A stretch of 64,000 nt of DNA from Minisyncoccota bacterium (GCA_036405415.1 DASWXP010000002.1:272351-336350); one strand, 5' to 3'; shown: positions 7,941 through 17,987, counted from the stretch's first letter. Notes: generated by a model from the letters alone, not told the origin. Numbers and translations: made by a program.

Positions 7941-10091
7941 ATGGACGACAAATTCCTTAAGCCCTACGACCCTCTGGAGACCGAGCCCCGGATATACCAG
8001 GAATGGGAGGAGAGCGGGTACTTCAACCCTGACCGGATGATCGCGGACGGCCTGACCGACAAGGATGCCGAGGCGTTCAGCATCATCCTGCCGCCCCCGA
8101 ACGTCACAGGACGCCTTCATATGGGTCACGCGCTCATGCTTGCGGTTGAGGACGTGTTCGTCCGGGCAAAGCGCATGCAGGGATACCGGACGCTCTGGAT
8201 CCCCGGCACGGACCATGCGGCAATCGCTACGCAGTCCGTGGTTGAGAAAGAAGTGTCGAAGAAGGAAGGCAAGAGCCGCTACGACCTCGGACGCGAGGAG
8301 CTGCTTCGTCGCATCGAGACGTTCGCGAGCGAGAGCCATGACACGATCGTAGGACAGGTGAAGACGATGGGGGCGTCCCTCGACTGGTCGCGCGAAGCCT
8401 TCACGCTTGATGAGACCCGCACCCGCGCCGTGCGCGAGGTATTCAAGCGCATGTACGACGCAGGGCTCATCTATCGCGGCAACCGCATCGTGAACTGGGA
8501 CCCGAAGGGACAGACCACGATCTCTGACGATGAGATTGTGCACGAGGAACGTACCGCAACTCTCTACACGTTCAAGTATGCGAAGGACTTCCCGATTGCC
8601 ATCTCCACCACGCGTCCTGAGACCAAGGTGGGAGACGCCGCGGTCGCAGTGCATCCGGACGACGCGCGCTATAAGGAGTACGTAGGCAAGGAATTCTCCT
8701 TCACCTTCTGCGACGTACCGGTAACGGTACGCGTGGTTGCTGATGCGGAAGTGGATCCTGCGTTCGGTACCGGCGCGCTCGGCGTGACGCCTGCGCATAG
8801 CCAGATCGACTGGGAGATCGCGGATCGCCATGACCTCCCGCGCCCGCAGGTCATCAACGAGTATGCGAAGATGACGGTCGAAGGCCGCCTCTCGGGCAAG
8901 AAGACCGCGGAAGCGCGCGAGATGGTGGTCGCGTGGCTTCGCGAGGAAGGCCTTCTCGAGAAGGAGGAGCAGGTCGCGCAGAACATCTCCACCGCAGAGC
9001 GCACGGGCGGCATCATCGAGCCCTTGCCGAAGCTCCAGTGGTTCATCGACGTGAATAAGGAGATTCCCGGCCGCGGCAAGTCCCTCAAGCAGCTCATGCT
9101 CGAGCCGGTGCGCGACGGACGTATCACGATAGTCCCGGAGCATTTCGATAAGACGTACTTCCACTGGATCGAGAATCTGCGCGACTGGTGCATAAGCCGC
9201 CAGATCTGGTACGGGCACCGCATTCCGGTGTGGTACCAGGGCGAGGAGATGGTCGTTGGCGAAGCGCCCGAAGGAGATGGCTGGACCCAGGACGAGGACA
9301 CGCTCGATACCTGGTTCTCCTCGGGGCTCTGGACCTTCTCCACGCTCGGCTGGCCGGAACAGACCGAAGACCTCAAGACCTATCATCCGACGGCGATCCT
9401 CGAGACCGGATACGACATCCTCTTCTTCTGGGTGGCGCGCATGATCCTCATGACGGGCTTCGCGCTCGACGAAGTGCCGTTTAGGACCATCTACCTGCAC
9501 GGTCTCGTGCGCGACGCGCAGGGACGCAAGATGTCGAAGTCGCTCGGCAACAACATGGATCCGCTCGATATCGCGAGCAGGTTTGGCGCGGACGCAGCGC
9601 GCATGGCGCTCATCGTCGGCAACACGCCTGGAACCGATACGCGCATCAGCGAGGACAAGATCAAGGGCTATAAGAACTTCGCAAACAAGCTCTGGAACAT
9701 CACGCGCTACGTTCTTACGGAGACCGAAGGCGTAGATGAGAACGCGGCGCTCACCGAGCCTGATGCCGCAATTCGCGCGGAACTCGATGCGCTCATCGCG
9801 GACGCAACCAAGGATATCGACGAGTACCGCATCTACATGGCCGCGGACAAGCTCTACCATTACGCGTGGGATCGCCTCGCATCCGAACTCCTCGAAGAGT
9901 CAAAGACAATCTTCCAAAGCGAAGACGAGGCTGCAAAAGTTTCCCGAAAGGCACTTCTTATCTCGCTCTTGCGCGATGTGATTACCACGCTTCATCCGTT
10001 CATGCCATTCGTGACGGAAGAGATATGGAAGAGCATCCGTCCTGCCGACGGACTCCTCATGACGGCAAAGTGGCCGGGAAAGACAGTGTAG
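7941..10091 (+). CDS. valS: Valine--tRNA ligase
   Basis: Class I aaRS HIGH (PPPNVTGRLHMGHA) and KMSKS motifs, with ValRS-specific editing and anticodon-binding regions. The real ATG is at 7941, downstream of TGCTATATT. Confidence 0.9.
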   Translation: MDDKFLKPYDPLETEPRIYQEWEESGYFNPDRMIADGLTDKDAEAFSIILPPPNVTGRLHMGHALMLAVEDVFVRAKRMQGYRTLWIPGTDHAAIATQSVVEKEVSKKEGKSRYDLGREELLRRIETFASESHDTIVGQVKTMGASLDWSREAFTLDETRTRAVREVFKRMYDAGLIYRGNRIVNWDPKGQTTISDDEIVHEERTATLYTFKYAKDFPIAISTTRPETKVGDAAVAVHPDDARYKEYVGKEFSFTFCDVPVTVRVVADAEVDPAFGTGALGVTPAHSQIDWEIADRHDLPRPQVINEYAKMTVEGRLSGKKTAEAREMVVAWLREEGLLEKEEQVAQNISTAERTGGIIEPLPKLQWFIDVNKEIPGRGKSLKQLMLEPVRDGRITIVPEHFDKTYFHWIENLRDWCISRQIWYGHRIPVWYQGEEMVVGEAPEGDGWTQDEDTLDTWFSSGLWTFSTLGWPEQTEDLKTYHPTAILETGYDILFFWVARMILMTGFALDEVPFRTIYLHGLVRDAQGRKMSKSLGNNMDPLDIASRFGADAARMALIVGNTPGTDTRISEDKIKGYKNFANKLWNITRYVLTETEGVDENAALTEPDAAIRAELDALIADATKDIDEYRIYMAADKLYHYAWDRLASELLEESKTIFQSEDEAAKVSRKALLISLLRDVITTLHPFMPFVTEEIWKSIRPADGLLMTAKWPGKTV

Positions 10092-10101
10092 AATACAAGG
10101 G

Positions 10102-10815
10102 ATGCTCTCTACAGAGACCCTTTTCTACGCCTTCCTCGGCGGGATCCTTCCCGCGCTGATCTGGCTGTACTTCCTCCTGAGAGAGGACCGTCGCTGTCCC
10201 GAGCCGCGCTCTATGATTGCACTCGCGTTCCTCGCAGGCATTCTCTCCGTCCCGGTCGTGCTTCCGCTCGAGCGCCTGTCGGTGCTCGCGCTCCCGGCCG
10301 GCATCCCGGTCATCCTCGCATGGGCGTCGATCGAAGAGACGGTGAAATACCTTCTCGCGGCCCTTCTCGTGCTGTGGCGTCGCGCCGTGGACGAATCGGT
10401 AGACCTCGTGGTCTACATGATCACGGTCGCGCTCGGGTTCGCCGCGCTCGAGAACATGCTCTTTCTTATCGCGCCGTTCTCAGGCGGCAACATGCTCGAA
10501 GGATTCCTTACCGGAAACCTCCGCTTCATCGGCTCCACCCTGCTGCACGTGGTTGCGAGCGCCGTCATCGGATTCGCGCTCGCGTTCTCCTTCCGCAAGG
10601 GACTCATCGTGCGTACACTGCTCGCGACACTCGGACTTATCCTTGCGATCGCGTTGCATGCCCTTTTTAACTTCCTTATAATCGATGGAAGCGGTTCGTT
10701 TACGCTCCTTGCGTTCTTCATGGTCTGGAGCGGAGCCGTCGTCGTCTTCGCACTCTTCGAAATACTGAAGTACCTGCGTTATCACCGATTACCAAAGAAC
10801 ACTTGCGAAATCTAG
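10102..10815 (+). CDS. PrsW-family intramembrane protease-like membrane protein
   Basis: Multi-TM translation with an EE..K motif, FAALEN and HALFNF motifs typical of PrsW/CPBP-type proteases. Confidence 0.55.
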   Translation: MLSTETLFYAFLGGILPALIWLYFLLREDRRCPEPRSMIALAFLAGILSVPVVLPLERLSVLALPAGIPVILAWASIEETVKYLLAALLVLWRRAVDESVDLVVYMITVALGFAALENMLFLIAPFSGGNMLEGFLTGNLRFIGSTLLHVVASAVIGFALAFSFRKGLIVRTLLATLGLILAIALHALFNFLIIDGSGSFTLLAFFMVWSGAVVVFALFEILKYLRYHRLPKNTCEI

Positions 10816-10822
10816 TACGCGT

Positions 10823-11326
10823 ATGAAAAAACGATCCTTCTTCGACCGCCTCTCGGGCTCCGCAACGGCGGATGATGCGTACGACTCCTTTGACGACGAC
10901 TTCCCGATGCAGCAGGGCATGCAGACCCCTGTCATGGTGCAGACGCAGGCGACTCAGACGCGGACCTTCGCGAACCTCGTCGAGGAGGATCAGAGCGAGG
11001 GTCAGCTCCCTGTAGACGTGTACCAGACCCCGAACGAGATCGTCATCCGCACGTTCGTCGCAGGCGTGCGCCCGGACGAGCTCAATGTCTCCATTTCGCG
11101 CGATATGGTGGTCATCGAAGGCTCCCGTGAGGAGCGCGACTCGGTCACCGATTCTGACTACTTCACCCGTGAGCTCTTCTGGGGCACGTTCTCGCGCACC
11201 ATCCTCCTGCCTCAGGAGATCGATGTCGACAACTCTTCTGCTGGCTCGAAGGACGGACTCCTCTCCATCATCCTTCCGAAGCTCGACAAGGCGCGACAGA
11301 CGAAACTGCGCGTTAAGGCAGGATAA
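10823..11326 (+). CDS. Hsp20/alpha-crystallin family small heat-shock protein
   Basis: Alpha-crystallin domain signature (GLLSIILPK) in the 167 aa translation. Confidence 0.85.
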   Translation: MKKRSFFDRLSGSATADDAYDSFDDDFPMQQGMQTPVMVQTQATQTRTFANLVEEDQSEGQLPVDVYQTPNEIVIRTFVAGVRPDELNVSISRDMVVIEGSREERDSVTDSDYFTRELFWGTFSRTILLPQEIDVDNSSAGSKDGLLSIILPKLDKARQTKLRVKAG

Positions 11327-11328
11327 CG

Positions 11329-11354
11329 AAAAAGGCCCCATATGGGGCCTTTTT
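11329..11354. terminator. Bidirectional hairpin AAAAAGGCCCCATATGGGGCCTTTTT
   Basis: Perfect palindrome flanked by an A-run and a T-run, between convergent genes. Confidence 0.6.
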
Positions 11355-11356
11355 CG

Positions 11357-12430
11357 TTAATGGGTCTCCTCGTGGAGCGCTGGGTGCGCGTATGAGCGGA
11401 TCGCCGTGAACCTAACTTGCCCTATCACCTGCCCGTTCTCCGTCTCTACCCGCACGCGCCATTCGCCAGGAACCACGCTGCTCACCTCTGAGTATCCGCG
11501 ATATCCGTCCGTCCGTCCGCCTGCTATCGGGAACGCGATCCTGCTCTGTGTCACCCACTCGCGGCTGGTCTCGTCATAGCGTTGCCAGCGATGCACAACG
11601 GTTGCGCCGAAACGTATCGGCGCCTGCACCGCGCTGAACGCGTAGAGCGGACTCCCTGCAGCTACCTGGATGGTATCCGGACGCGGATCCCACCATTCCC
11701 TGCCTTCCTCTGCCATGACTACGTACCGGTCTCCTTCGCGCACGAGGCTATGGAAGACGCCGCTGTCCTTGAGCGCAAGCGGGATAGGCGGCACGAGCCC
11801 CGTGAAGTACGCGCCTATGACGAGCGCGACGATGGCAAGACAGGAGGCGATGATAGGCGCGAGCGTGCGTCCGAGCTTTGCTACCCTCCCCAAAAGCATG
11901 AGGTATATGCCAAATATTGCGAGCGCACATGCCGTGCTTGCGAGGAATACCCAGGGACCGAGGGTACGCAGGAAGAGCGGGATCGCGAATATCGCATACG
12001 CGTACGCGGCGAAGAAGAGGAGTACCGCGATGAAGGCGATGCGGTCCTTGTACTTCCTGAACCACTCGTTGCCTATGAACACGAGGAGGAATAGGAGCAG
12101 GAACGGCCAGCTCGCCTCGAGCGCCGCGCTCTTCGTGTAGAAGATAAGGAACCAGGAAAGCAGGTTGCCGATGAGGTACTGCGCGACAAGCGGCAGGATG
12201 ACCGCGATGGAACGCTTGCGTACGGACGGCTCCGACCGCCAGCCGGAGAGCGCATGCGTAAGGAATACCGCAAGCGCTGCAAGCGCAAGGTAGGTACCTG
12301 AGGCTGCAAGCACGAACGACACGTCGAGCAGCACGAGCGCGATGACGTCGGTTATGAATCCAAACAGGAAAACGAACGCGCCGAGGTGCCGTTCGTTTCT
12401 CTGTGCCCAGGCAAGTACCCTGCGGATCAT
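11357..12430 (-). CDS. Hypothetical polytopic membrane protein with C-terminal soluble domain
   Basis: 357 aa with about 8 TM segments followed by a roughly 130 aa hydrophilic tail. No family recognised. Confidence 0.55.
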   Translation of the reverse strand: MIRRVLAWAQRNERHLGAFVFLFGFITDVIALVLLDVSFVLAASGTYLALAALAVFLTHALSGWRSEPSVRKRSIAVILPLVAQYLIGNLLSWFLIFYTKSAALEASWPFLLLFLLVFIGNEWFRKYKDRIAFIAVLLFFAAYAYAIFAIPLFLRTLGPWVFLASTACALAIFGIYLMLLGRVAKLGRTLAPIIASCLAIVALVIGAYFTGLVPPIPLALKDSGVFHSLVREGDRYVVMAEEGREWWDPRPDTIQVAAGSPLYAFSAVQAPIRFGATVVHRWQRYDETSREWVTQSRIAFPIAGGRTDGYRGYSEVSSVVPGEWRVRVETENGQVIGQVRFTAIRSYAHPALHEETH

Positions 12431-12460
12431 GCCTTAACTATACGCCATTGAGGGCGTTGC

Positions 12461-12537
12461 TGGTGCTTGGGGGCGGGCTCGAACCGCCGACCCTTCGCTC
12501 TTCAGGCGAATGCTCTACCAACTGAGCTACCCAAGCA
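12461..12537 (-). tRNA. tRNA-Phe (anticodon GAA), CCA encoded
   Basis: Manual cloverleaf: anticodon loop CTGAAGA, D-loop AGTTGGTAGAGC, T-loop GGTTCGAGCCC. Confidence 0.85.
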
Positions 12538-12577
12538 AGTGAGGAGATTCTAGCATATTGGGCCCCGGTTTCCAGGG

Positions 12578-12886
12578 CTACTGATACTCAGCCTGATACT
12601 GCTCGATGAGGCGATTCAGCTGGTCCTCGCTCGGAACGCCGAAGAGTCCGGACGGCAGCTGCCCGTTCTGGGTGCCAGAAATCGCGTCCATGATGGGACC
12701 CAGGTACGAGGAGAGGAAGAAGAGCGGGACGCCGAGGATGATGAGCCAGAGGACGATCTTCGCGATAAGGCCGAGGATGGCGTTGCGCCGCATCTCGCGC
12801 AGGAGACGGTTATTATCCTTCGCTACCGCGAGGTTCTCCTCAAGGAGCTTCTCAAGCTCCTCATGAGTATCGTGTTCCGGAGGCAT
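12578..12886 (-). CDS. Hypothetical small membrane protein (102 aa)
   Basis: Host-like codon usage. Coiled-coil N-terminus plus one TM segment. Confidence 0.45.
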   Translation of the reverse strand: MPPEHDTHEELEKLLEENLAVAKDNNRLLREMRRNAILGLIAKIVLWLIILGVPLFFLSSYLGPIMDAISGTQNGQLPSGLFGVPSEDQLNRLIEQYQAEYQ

Positions 12887-12913
12887 GGTGTCCTATGAAT
12901 TATAACAGCTACA

Positions 12914-12985
12914 TGCCCCCGCCAGGAGTCGAACCTGGATTTAAGGTTTAGGAAACCTTCGTTCTATCCATTGAACTACGGGAGC
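12914..12985 (-). tRNA. tRNA-Arg (anticodon CCT), no encoded CCA
   Basis: Manual cloverleaf: acceptor GCTCCCG/CGGGGGC, anticodon stem AAGGT/ACCTT, loop TTCCTAA (U33, A37), T-arm CCAGGTTCGACTCCTGG. Confidence 0.8.
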
Positions 12986-13624
12986 TTAGGCAGATAGTAC
13001 CCTTTTGGATGCTTCTTTTCCAATCAGCTGGATTGCACTTTGGATTACTAATCTCTCACGGATACCGGACCGAACACGAATCCTGCACATACCATACTGA
13101 AGCTTTCCTTTCTTTTTCCCTTTAATTATTTCAACTCTATTAATCCTGCTAGCTGGGACATTAAGGGTGCGCGACCAGAATTGGCACGCATGTGGTTCCG
13201 AGATATCTGCATGTAGACGCAGTGACAACGAGATTCTTTCTCGAGGGATTCCCATGTCATCTAGACAGCCCAAGAATGCCACCAGCAGGTTCGGATCAGA
13301 GTTAATTACAGAGAAATCCTTCTTAGTACCTTCGCCCCAATAGAGACCAATTAGCAGGAAGAGAGTGTCACGTGTATTAATCTCGCCGATGAGACCTTTT
13401 GCCCTTTCTAGCGAGTTCTCTCTTAATCCCAAAGCGCGCTCTTTTCCGCCGCCTTGCTTCTCCCGCAGTAACCTCCGCGCTTCCTGGGAAATCGGAACAT
13501 GCTTCACGTAGCGTTGTATGGTGGTCTTTGCCATTCCTGTCTCTCGAGAGATTTCAGGAATACTCATGCCTTGGAGCCTGCGCGCAACTATCATCAGTCT
13601 CGCCTCCTCAGACATCCTTTTCAT
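12986..13624 (-). CDS. Low-GC HTH-domain protein with degenerate LAGLIDADG-like motifs (possible freestanding homing endonuclease or mobile gene)
   Basis: About 47% GC against about 62% background. N-terminal HTH (ARRLQGMSIPEISRETGMAKTTIQRYV), then LIGLYWGEGTK and FLGCLDDMG motifs. The stop codon abuts the 5' end of tRNA-Arg. Confidence 0.5.
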   Translation of the reverse strand: MKRMSEEARLMIVARRLQGMSIPEISRETGMAKTTIQRYVKHVPISQEARRLLREKQGGGKERALGLRENSLERAKGLIGEINTRDTLFLLIGLYWGEGTKKDFSVINSDPNLLVAFLGCLDDMGIPRERISLSLRLHADISEPHACQFWSRTLNVPASRINRVEIIKGKKKGKLQYGMCRIRVRSGIRERLVIQSAIQLIGKEASKRVLSA

Positions 13625-13678
13625 TTGGATATTCTAACAGGATACTGGGAAATAATATTAATATCCACACATTAATAT

Positions 13679-13709
13679 GGAAAACGACGCCCAGAAGACG
13701 CCGTTTTCC
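13679..13709. terminator. Imperfect hairpin GGAAAACGACGCC-N-GACGCCGTTTTCC
   Basis: 13-position stem with 2 mismatches between convergent 3' ends. Confidence 0.35.
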
Positions 13710-13725
13710 ATATTATGAGGCTCCT

Positions 13726-13968
13726 TTACGCAGCAACGCCGAGAAGCTCGTCGAAGCGCTTCTTATCGAAGCCGACGATCATCTCGTCGCCGATGAACAC
13801 GACCGGAACGCCCATCTGGCCGCTCTTGTCGATCATCTCCTGGCGCTTCTCCATGTCAGAGGCGACATTGAATTCGGTGTAGGAAACGTTGTTCGCCTTG
13901 AAGTACTCCTTGCTCATCTGGCAGAAGTGGCAGGTCGGGGTGGTGTAGATGGTGACAGTAGTATCCAT
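13726..13968 (-). CDS. Glutaredoxin-like protein (NrdH/Grx family)
   Basis: 80 aa with a CHFC redox motif in a thioredoxin-fold context (IYTTPTCHFCQ). Confidence 0.8.
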   Translation of the reverse strand: MDTTVTIYTTPTCHFCQMSKEYFKANNVSYTEFNVASDMEKRQEMIDKSGQMGVPVVFIGDEMIVGFDKKRFDELLGVAA

Positions 13969-14009
13969 ACGATGTTGTTTATGTCCCTAGTATAGCAATT
14001 TCGAACCGG

Positions 14010-14080
14010 TGCGGGTACGGGGAATCGAACCCCGATCTCAACCTTGGGAAGGTCGCATTCTGCCACTAAACTATACCCGC
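14010..14080 (-). tRNA. tRNA-Gly (anticodon CCC), no encoded CCA
   Basis: Manual cloverleaf: acceptor GCGGGTA/TACCCGC, anticodon loop TTCCCAA, T-loop GGTTCGATTCC. Confidence 0.8.
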
Positions 14081-14085
14081 TTCTC

Positions 14086-14451
14086 TTACCAGATCCCGAA
14101 GAACCCGAGGATCCGCTTGTACCACGGAAGGTGCGGCTCGAGACCGTCATCCTTCGGCGGTAGGACGATGATAACCTCTTCTCCGGCCTTCGCAACGCCA
14201 TGATTCTGACGGAGGGTCGCCTCCTGTCCGCGCTCGGTGGAAAGCTCCTCGAGGTTCGTTTCGAGCTTCTCTTTCCGCTCCTGAAGCATCGCGAGCTCCT
14301 CCTTCTGGTCTTCCACGGCTTTCCGGGCTCGCTCCTCCTTTTTCGCGATCCCCCAGACCGCCCAGGCGAGTATGAGCACCACGACGGCCAAGAACGCGGC
14401 GAGCGCGTACTCTCCTGCCTTCTGGACATGCTTCTTCGAGGAGCGAGGCAT
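14086..14451 (-). CDS. FtsB/DivIC-like septum formation initiator family protein
   Basis: N-terminal TM, coiled coil and a C-terminal motif (GVAKAGEEVIIV) typical of the FtsB/DivIC family. Confidence 0.5.
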   Translation of the reverse strand: MPRSSKKHVQKAGEYALAAFLAVVVLILAWAVWGIAKKEERARKAVEDQKEELAMLQERKEKLETNLEELSTERGQEATLRQNHGVAKAGEEVIIVLPPKDDGLEPHLPWYKRILGFFGIW

Positions 14452-14471
14452 GCGCCCAGTATAGCAAGCGG

Positions 14472-16259
14472 CTAGCGCTCGCTATCCTGCACCATCTTCA
14501 TGAACACATCCTGCGGAATGTCCATTTTCGCGTGCTCGCCGCGGCGCTTCTTTCCCTTCTTCTGCTTCTCGAGAAGCTTCATCTTTCGCGTGATATCGCC
14601 TCCGTAGAGATAGCCCGTAACGTCCTTACGGAAGGCGGAGAGGGACTTCGAAGCGAGGATGCGGCCCATGGCATGCGCCTGGATCTTGGTTACGAACTGC
14701 TGACGCGGAAGGACTTCGTGGAGCTTCTCTACCATGCGCTCGCCTTCCTCAGTGACGCGACGGCGCGACACGACACGTGCGAACGCCGGAACCGGCTCCT
14801 CGGCAACGAAAATCTCAAGCTTCACCACGTCCGCAGGGCGCTCATCAAGGAGCTCGTATGAAAGCGAGGCGTATCCCGAGGACGCATTCTTCACCTTGTC
14901 GAAGAAGCCGCGCATGAGTTCGCGAAGCGGCATCTCCACCACGAGCTCGATGCGGCCGTCCACATGCGTCTCCGTCTCAAGCACATTCCCTTCGTGATCA
15001 TGGAAGAGCTGGATCATCGATGAGAGCGTGTCGGCAGGTGTAATGAGCACTACCTTCACCCAGGGCTCCGAAACTGATTCGGTATCGCCATAGGCAGGGA
15101 ACTTGGACGGCGTGTACACCACCTCCGTATGCCCTTTCTTGTCAGTCACGGTGTAGGCGATGGTTGGAATGGTAACCACGAGCTCGAGATCGAACTCACG
15201 CTTTAGTCGCTCGATGATGATCTCGAGATGGAGCATGCCGAGGAAGCCGCAGCGGAAGCCGCGTCCGAGCATGCCTGAGGACTCTTCCTCAAACGCGAGC
15301 GACGAGTCCGAGAGGCGCAGGCGCTCGAGGGATTGGCGCAACTCCGTGAGGTCGTCCTGACTCTCCGGATACACTGAGGCCCAGACAACCGGGCGCGGGC
15401 GGGCGAATCCTTCAAGTCCTGCTGCGCCGCCGGTCGAGGCGATAACCGTGTCTCCCACGTTCACCACGCCTGCCTGCTTCACGCCCGTCACGAGGTATCC
15501 GATCTCTCCTGCTGAGAGACTCTCCGTTGGTACCTCGTCCGGCATGAAGATGCCGGTCTCAAGCGCCGTAAAACGCTCGTCAGCGGCTGCAAAGCGCAGG
15601 AGGTCCCCCTTCTTGAAGGAGCCGTCGAACACGCGCATGAACACCGTGATGCCGCGGTGCGTCGAGTATGAGAAATCGAAGATGAGTGCGCGTGCGCCTC
15701 CCTCACCCGGACGCGGCGCAGGCACGCGCTCGATGAGCGTTTCAAGAAGATCTTCAACGCCTTCTCCGGTGCGTCCTGACACCGAGAGTACGGTGTCAGG
15801 GTCTATGGAAAGGAGTTCTGCGATCTCAAGTGCCACGTCGTCAGGGCGCGCCGCAGGGGAGTCGATCTTCGAGAGCACCGGGATGATCACGCAGCCCGCG
15901 TTCTTCGCCATCTCGAGCGTGGTGAGCGTCTGCGCCTGCACGCCCTGCGTCGAGTCGACGAGGAGGATGACGCCTTCAACCGCAGACAAGGCACGTGACA
16001 CTTCGTACGAGAAGTCGATGTGTCCTGGCGTGTCGATGAGATTCAAAACGTATTCCTTCCCGTCCTTGGCGCGGTACTTCATGCGCGCCGGCTGCATCTT
16101 GATCGTAATGCCGCGCTCGCGCTCAAGGTCCATCTTGTCGAGCACCTGGTCGCGCATCTTCCGGGCCTCGATGGTGCCGGTACGCTCAAGGAGCCGATCC
16201 GCGAGGGTCGACTTTCCGTGATCGATGTGGGCGATGATTGAGAAGTTACGTATGTCCAT
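14472..16259 (-). CDS. lepA: Elongation factor 4 (LepA)
   Basis: The GTPase motif AHIDHGKST and LepA-specific C-terminal domain. The real start MDIRNFSIIAHIDHGKSTL is at 16259; the ORF-track N-extension is spurious. Confidence 0.9.
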   Translation of the reverse strand: MDIRNFSIIAHIDHGKSTLADRLLERTGTIEARKMRDQVLDKMDLERERGITIKMQPARMKYRAKDGKEYVLNLIDTPGHIDFSYEVSRALSAVEGVILLVDSTQGVQAQTLTTLEMAKNAGCVIIPVLSKIDSPAARPDDVALEIAELLSIDPDTVLSVSGRTGEGVEDLLETLIERVPAPRPGEGGARALIFDFSYSTHRGITVFMRVFDGSFKKGDLLRFAAADERFTALETGIFMPDEVPTESLSAGEIGYLVTGVKQAGVVNVGDTVIASTGGAAGLEGFARPRPVVWASVYPESQDDLTELRQSLERLRLSDSSLAFEEESSGMLGRGFRCGFLGMLHLEIIIERLKREFDLELVVTIPTIAYTVTDKKGHTEVVYTPSKFPAYGDTESVSEPWVKVVLITPADTLSSMIQLFHDHEGNVLETETHVDGRIELVVEMPLRELMRGFFDKVKNASSGYASLSYELLDERPADVVKLEIFVAEEPVPAFARVVSRRRVTEEGERMVEKLHEVLPRQQFVTKIQAHAMGRILASKSLSAFRKDVTGYLYGGDITRKMKLLEKQKKGKKRRGEHAKMDIPQDVFMKMVQDSER

Positions 16260-16287
16260 AGAGATGCGGGAGCCCTTCCCGCTCCTC

Positions 16288-17970
16288 TTAGGCGTCCGTA
16301 CGGTCTGAGAGGACCTGTCCGGACGGCTTGAGGGCGGTGGAGAGCCTGAGTCGCTTGAGGGAGTCCATGAGGTCCTTGAATTCCTTGTTCGCAAGGAGCG
16401 CGAGGACCGCCGCGGATACCGCTAGACCTACCATACCAGCCAGCAGGGCTTCGGTGAATACGTAGGCCAGGGTCGTGGCCGGAGCGAGGTTCCCGAGGAA
16501 CGAGAGCACGCCGTAGGCGCTCGCGCCCCCGAGGATAGCCGCAGCCGCGCCCTCGAGCATGGGGCGCGCGAGCGACTTCGATACGCCCGGAGCGACATTC
16601 TGAAGCGTCACGAGCGCAAGCACGCCTGTAGCAACCTGTCCGAGCATTGCGCCCGTAGCGATAAGCAGCACGTCCGTGCCTGGCACGTCCTCAACACGAA
16701 GGAGCGCCTCGATGAAGTAGCGGATGCCAGGGAACGTCGTGGCAAGCGAGAGAAGACCGAGCGCGCCCGCAACCGACACCACGAGCCCTGCGACCTGGAT
16801 CAGGAGCGGGTTCCAGGACTTCTTCGCCGCATAGAACGCACGTGACGCGAGCAGCACGAGACCCTGCGCCATGAGCCCTACGATAAGGAGCGCGAGGATC
16901 GCGGCCGTGAGCCTCGTCGCGTCCCAATCGAACGCGCCGGTACCGAGCACGATGCGAACGATATGGGCACGCATGACGAGGATGAGCACCGAGAGGATCG
17001 CGGACCAGAACACGATGTGCCGCGCAGCCGCAGACAACGTCGCCTTGAACGCGTCATAGCGCTTCGATTCCATGGTCTCCGACAGGACCGGGAACGCGGC
17101 GGTAGCGTACGACGCGGCGATCAAGGAGAGCGGGACCGCTTGGAGGTTCAAGGCGAGCGAGAGGACGGCGATGCTTCCCTCGCCGGTACGCGCCGCAAGG
17201 ATGGTGAGGATGAGCGCGGTTACCGAACCCATAGCAAGCGCCAGCGATCGCGGCACCGAGTCTCGCATAACCTCCCACAGCACCCCCGGAGACGGGAACG
17301 TGAGCTGCGGCAGCATGTGCTCGGCCGCGAGCACCGGGATATGGATCACGAGGTGCGCAAGCGCGCCTGCTACGACGCCGATGCCGATACCCGGAAGCCC
17401 GTACAGCGGGTACAGGAACACCGTACCTGCGATGATGCCGAGGTTATATAGCACTGGCGAGAGCGCGAATAGCACGAAGCGTCGCTTCACCTGCGTCACG
17501 CTCGTCGCGATGCCTGAGAGTCCAAGCAATATCGGCTGGATGAGGAGTATCTGCGCGAGGAGCACGAAGCCGTCAGCGTCCGCTGACGCGATTGCGTCCG
17601 GGAAGAGCGCAAACAGGATCGGACGCGCATGAATCGCAAGCACGGCACAGAGCATTCCTCCTGCGATAACGAGGAACGACGCAGTCTGCGATATGAGCCG
17701 CTTCGATTCCTCGCGCTTCCCTCCTGCAATGCGCGGGATGAGCACGTACGCGGACACGAGGGACGCCACGAGCGCGAACACGAGATCCGGGACCTTGAAC
17801 GCCGCGTAATAGAGGTCGAGGACGTCGCTTGCACCGAAGCTGTGGGCGAAGATGCGGTCGCGGAGGAGCGCGAGCGCTTGGGACGCGAGCGTGAGTCCAG
17901 CAAGCACGTACGCGGCCTGATGGAGGCCGCGTACCGGTGCTGTTATGGAACTGAGTATCCTGCCGACCAT
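16288..17970 (-). CDS. murJ: Lipid II flippase MurJ (MviN family)
   Basis: 560 aa with 14 TM segments. The N-terminal AAYVLAGLTLASQALALLRDRIFAHSFGASDVLDLYYAAFKVPD is characteristic of MurJ. Confidence 0.85.
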   Translation of the reverse strand: MVGRILSSITAPVRGLHQAAYVLAGLTLASQALALLRDRIFAHSFGASDVLDLYYAAFKVPDLVFALVASLVSAYVLIPRIAGGKREESKRLISQTASFLVIAGGMLCAVLAIHARPILFALFPDAIASADADGFVLLAQILLIQPILLGLSGIATSVTQVKRRFVLFALSPVLYNLGIIAGTVFLYPLYGLPGIGIGVVAGALAHLVIHIPVLAAEHMLPQLTFPSPGVLWEVMRDSVPRSLALAMGSVTALILTILAARTGEGSIAVLSLALNLQAVPLSLIAASYATAAFPVLSETMESKRYDAFKATLSAAARHIVFWSAILSVLILVMRAHIVRIVLGTGAFDWDATRLTAAILALLIVGLMAQGLVLLASRAFYAAKKSWNPLLIQVAGLVVSVAGALGLLSLATTFPGIRYFIEALLRVEDVPGTDVLLIATGAMLGQVATGVLALVTLQNVAPGVSKSLARPMLEGAAAAILGGASAYGVLSFLGNLAPATTLAYVFTEALLAGMVGLAVSAAVLALLANKEFKDLMDSLKRLRLSTALKPSGQVLSDRTDA

Positions 17971-17987
17971 CGTCTCGCTAGGGAGAA

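Noticed and set aside
12914-12985. Possible group I intron in tRNA-Arg(CCT) given the adjacent endonuclease-like gene
   Set aside because: The tRNA folds into a complete uninterrupted cloverleaf (72 nt), so there is no intron. The adjacent gene is treated as freestanding.
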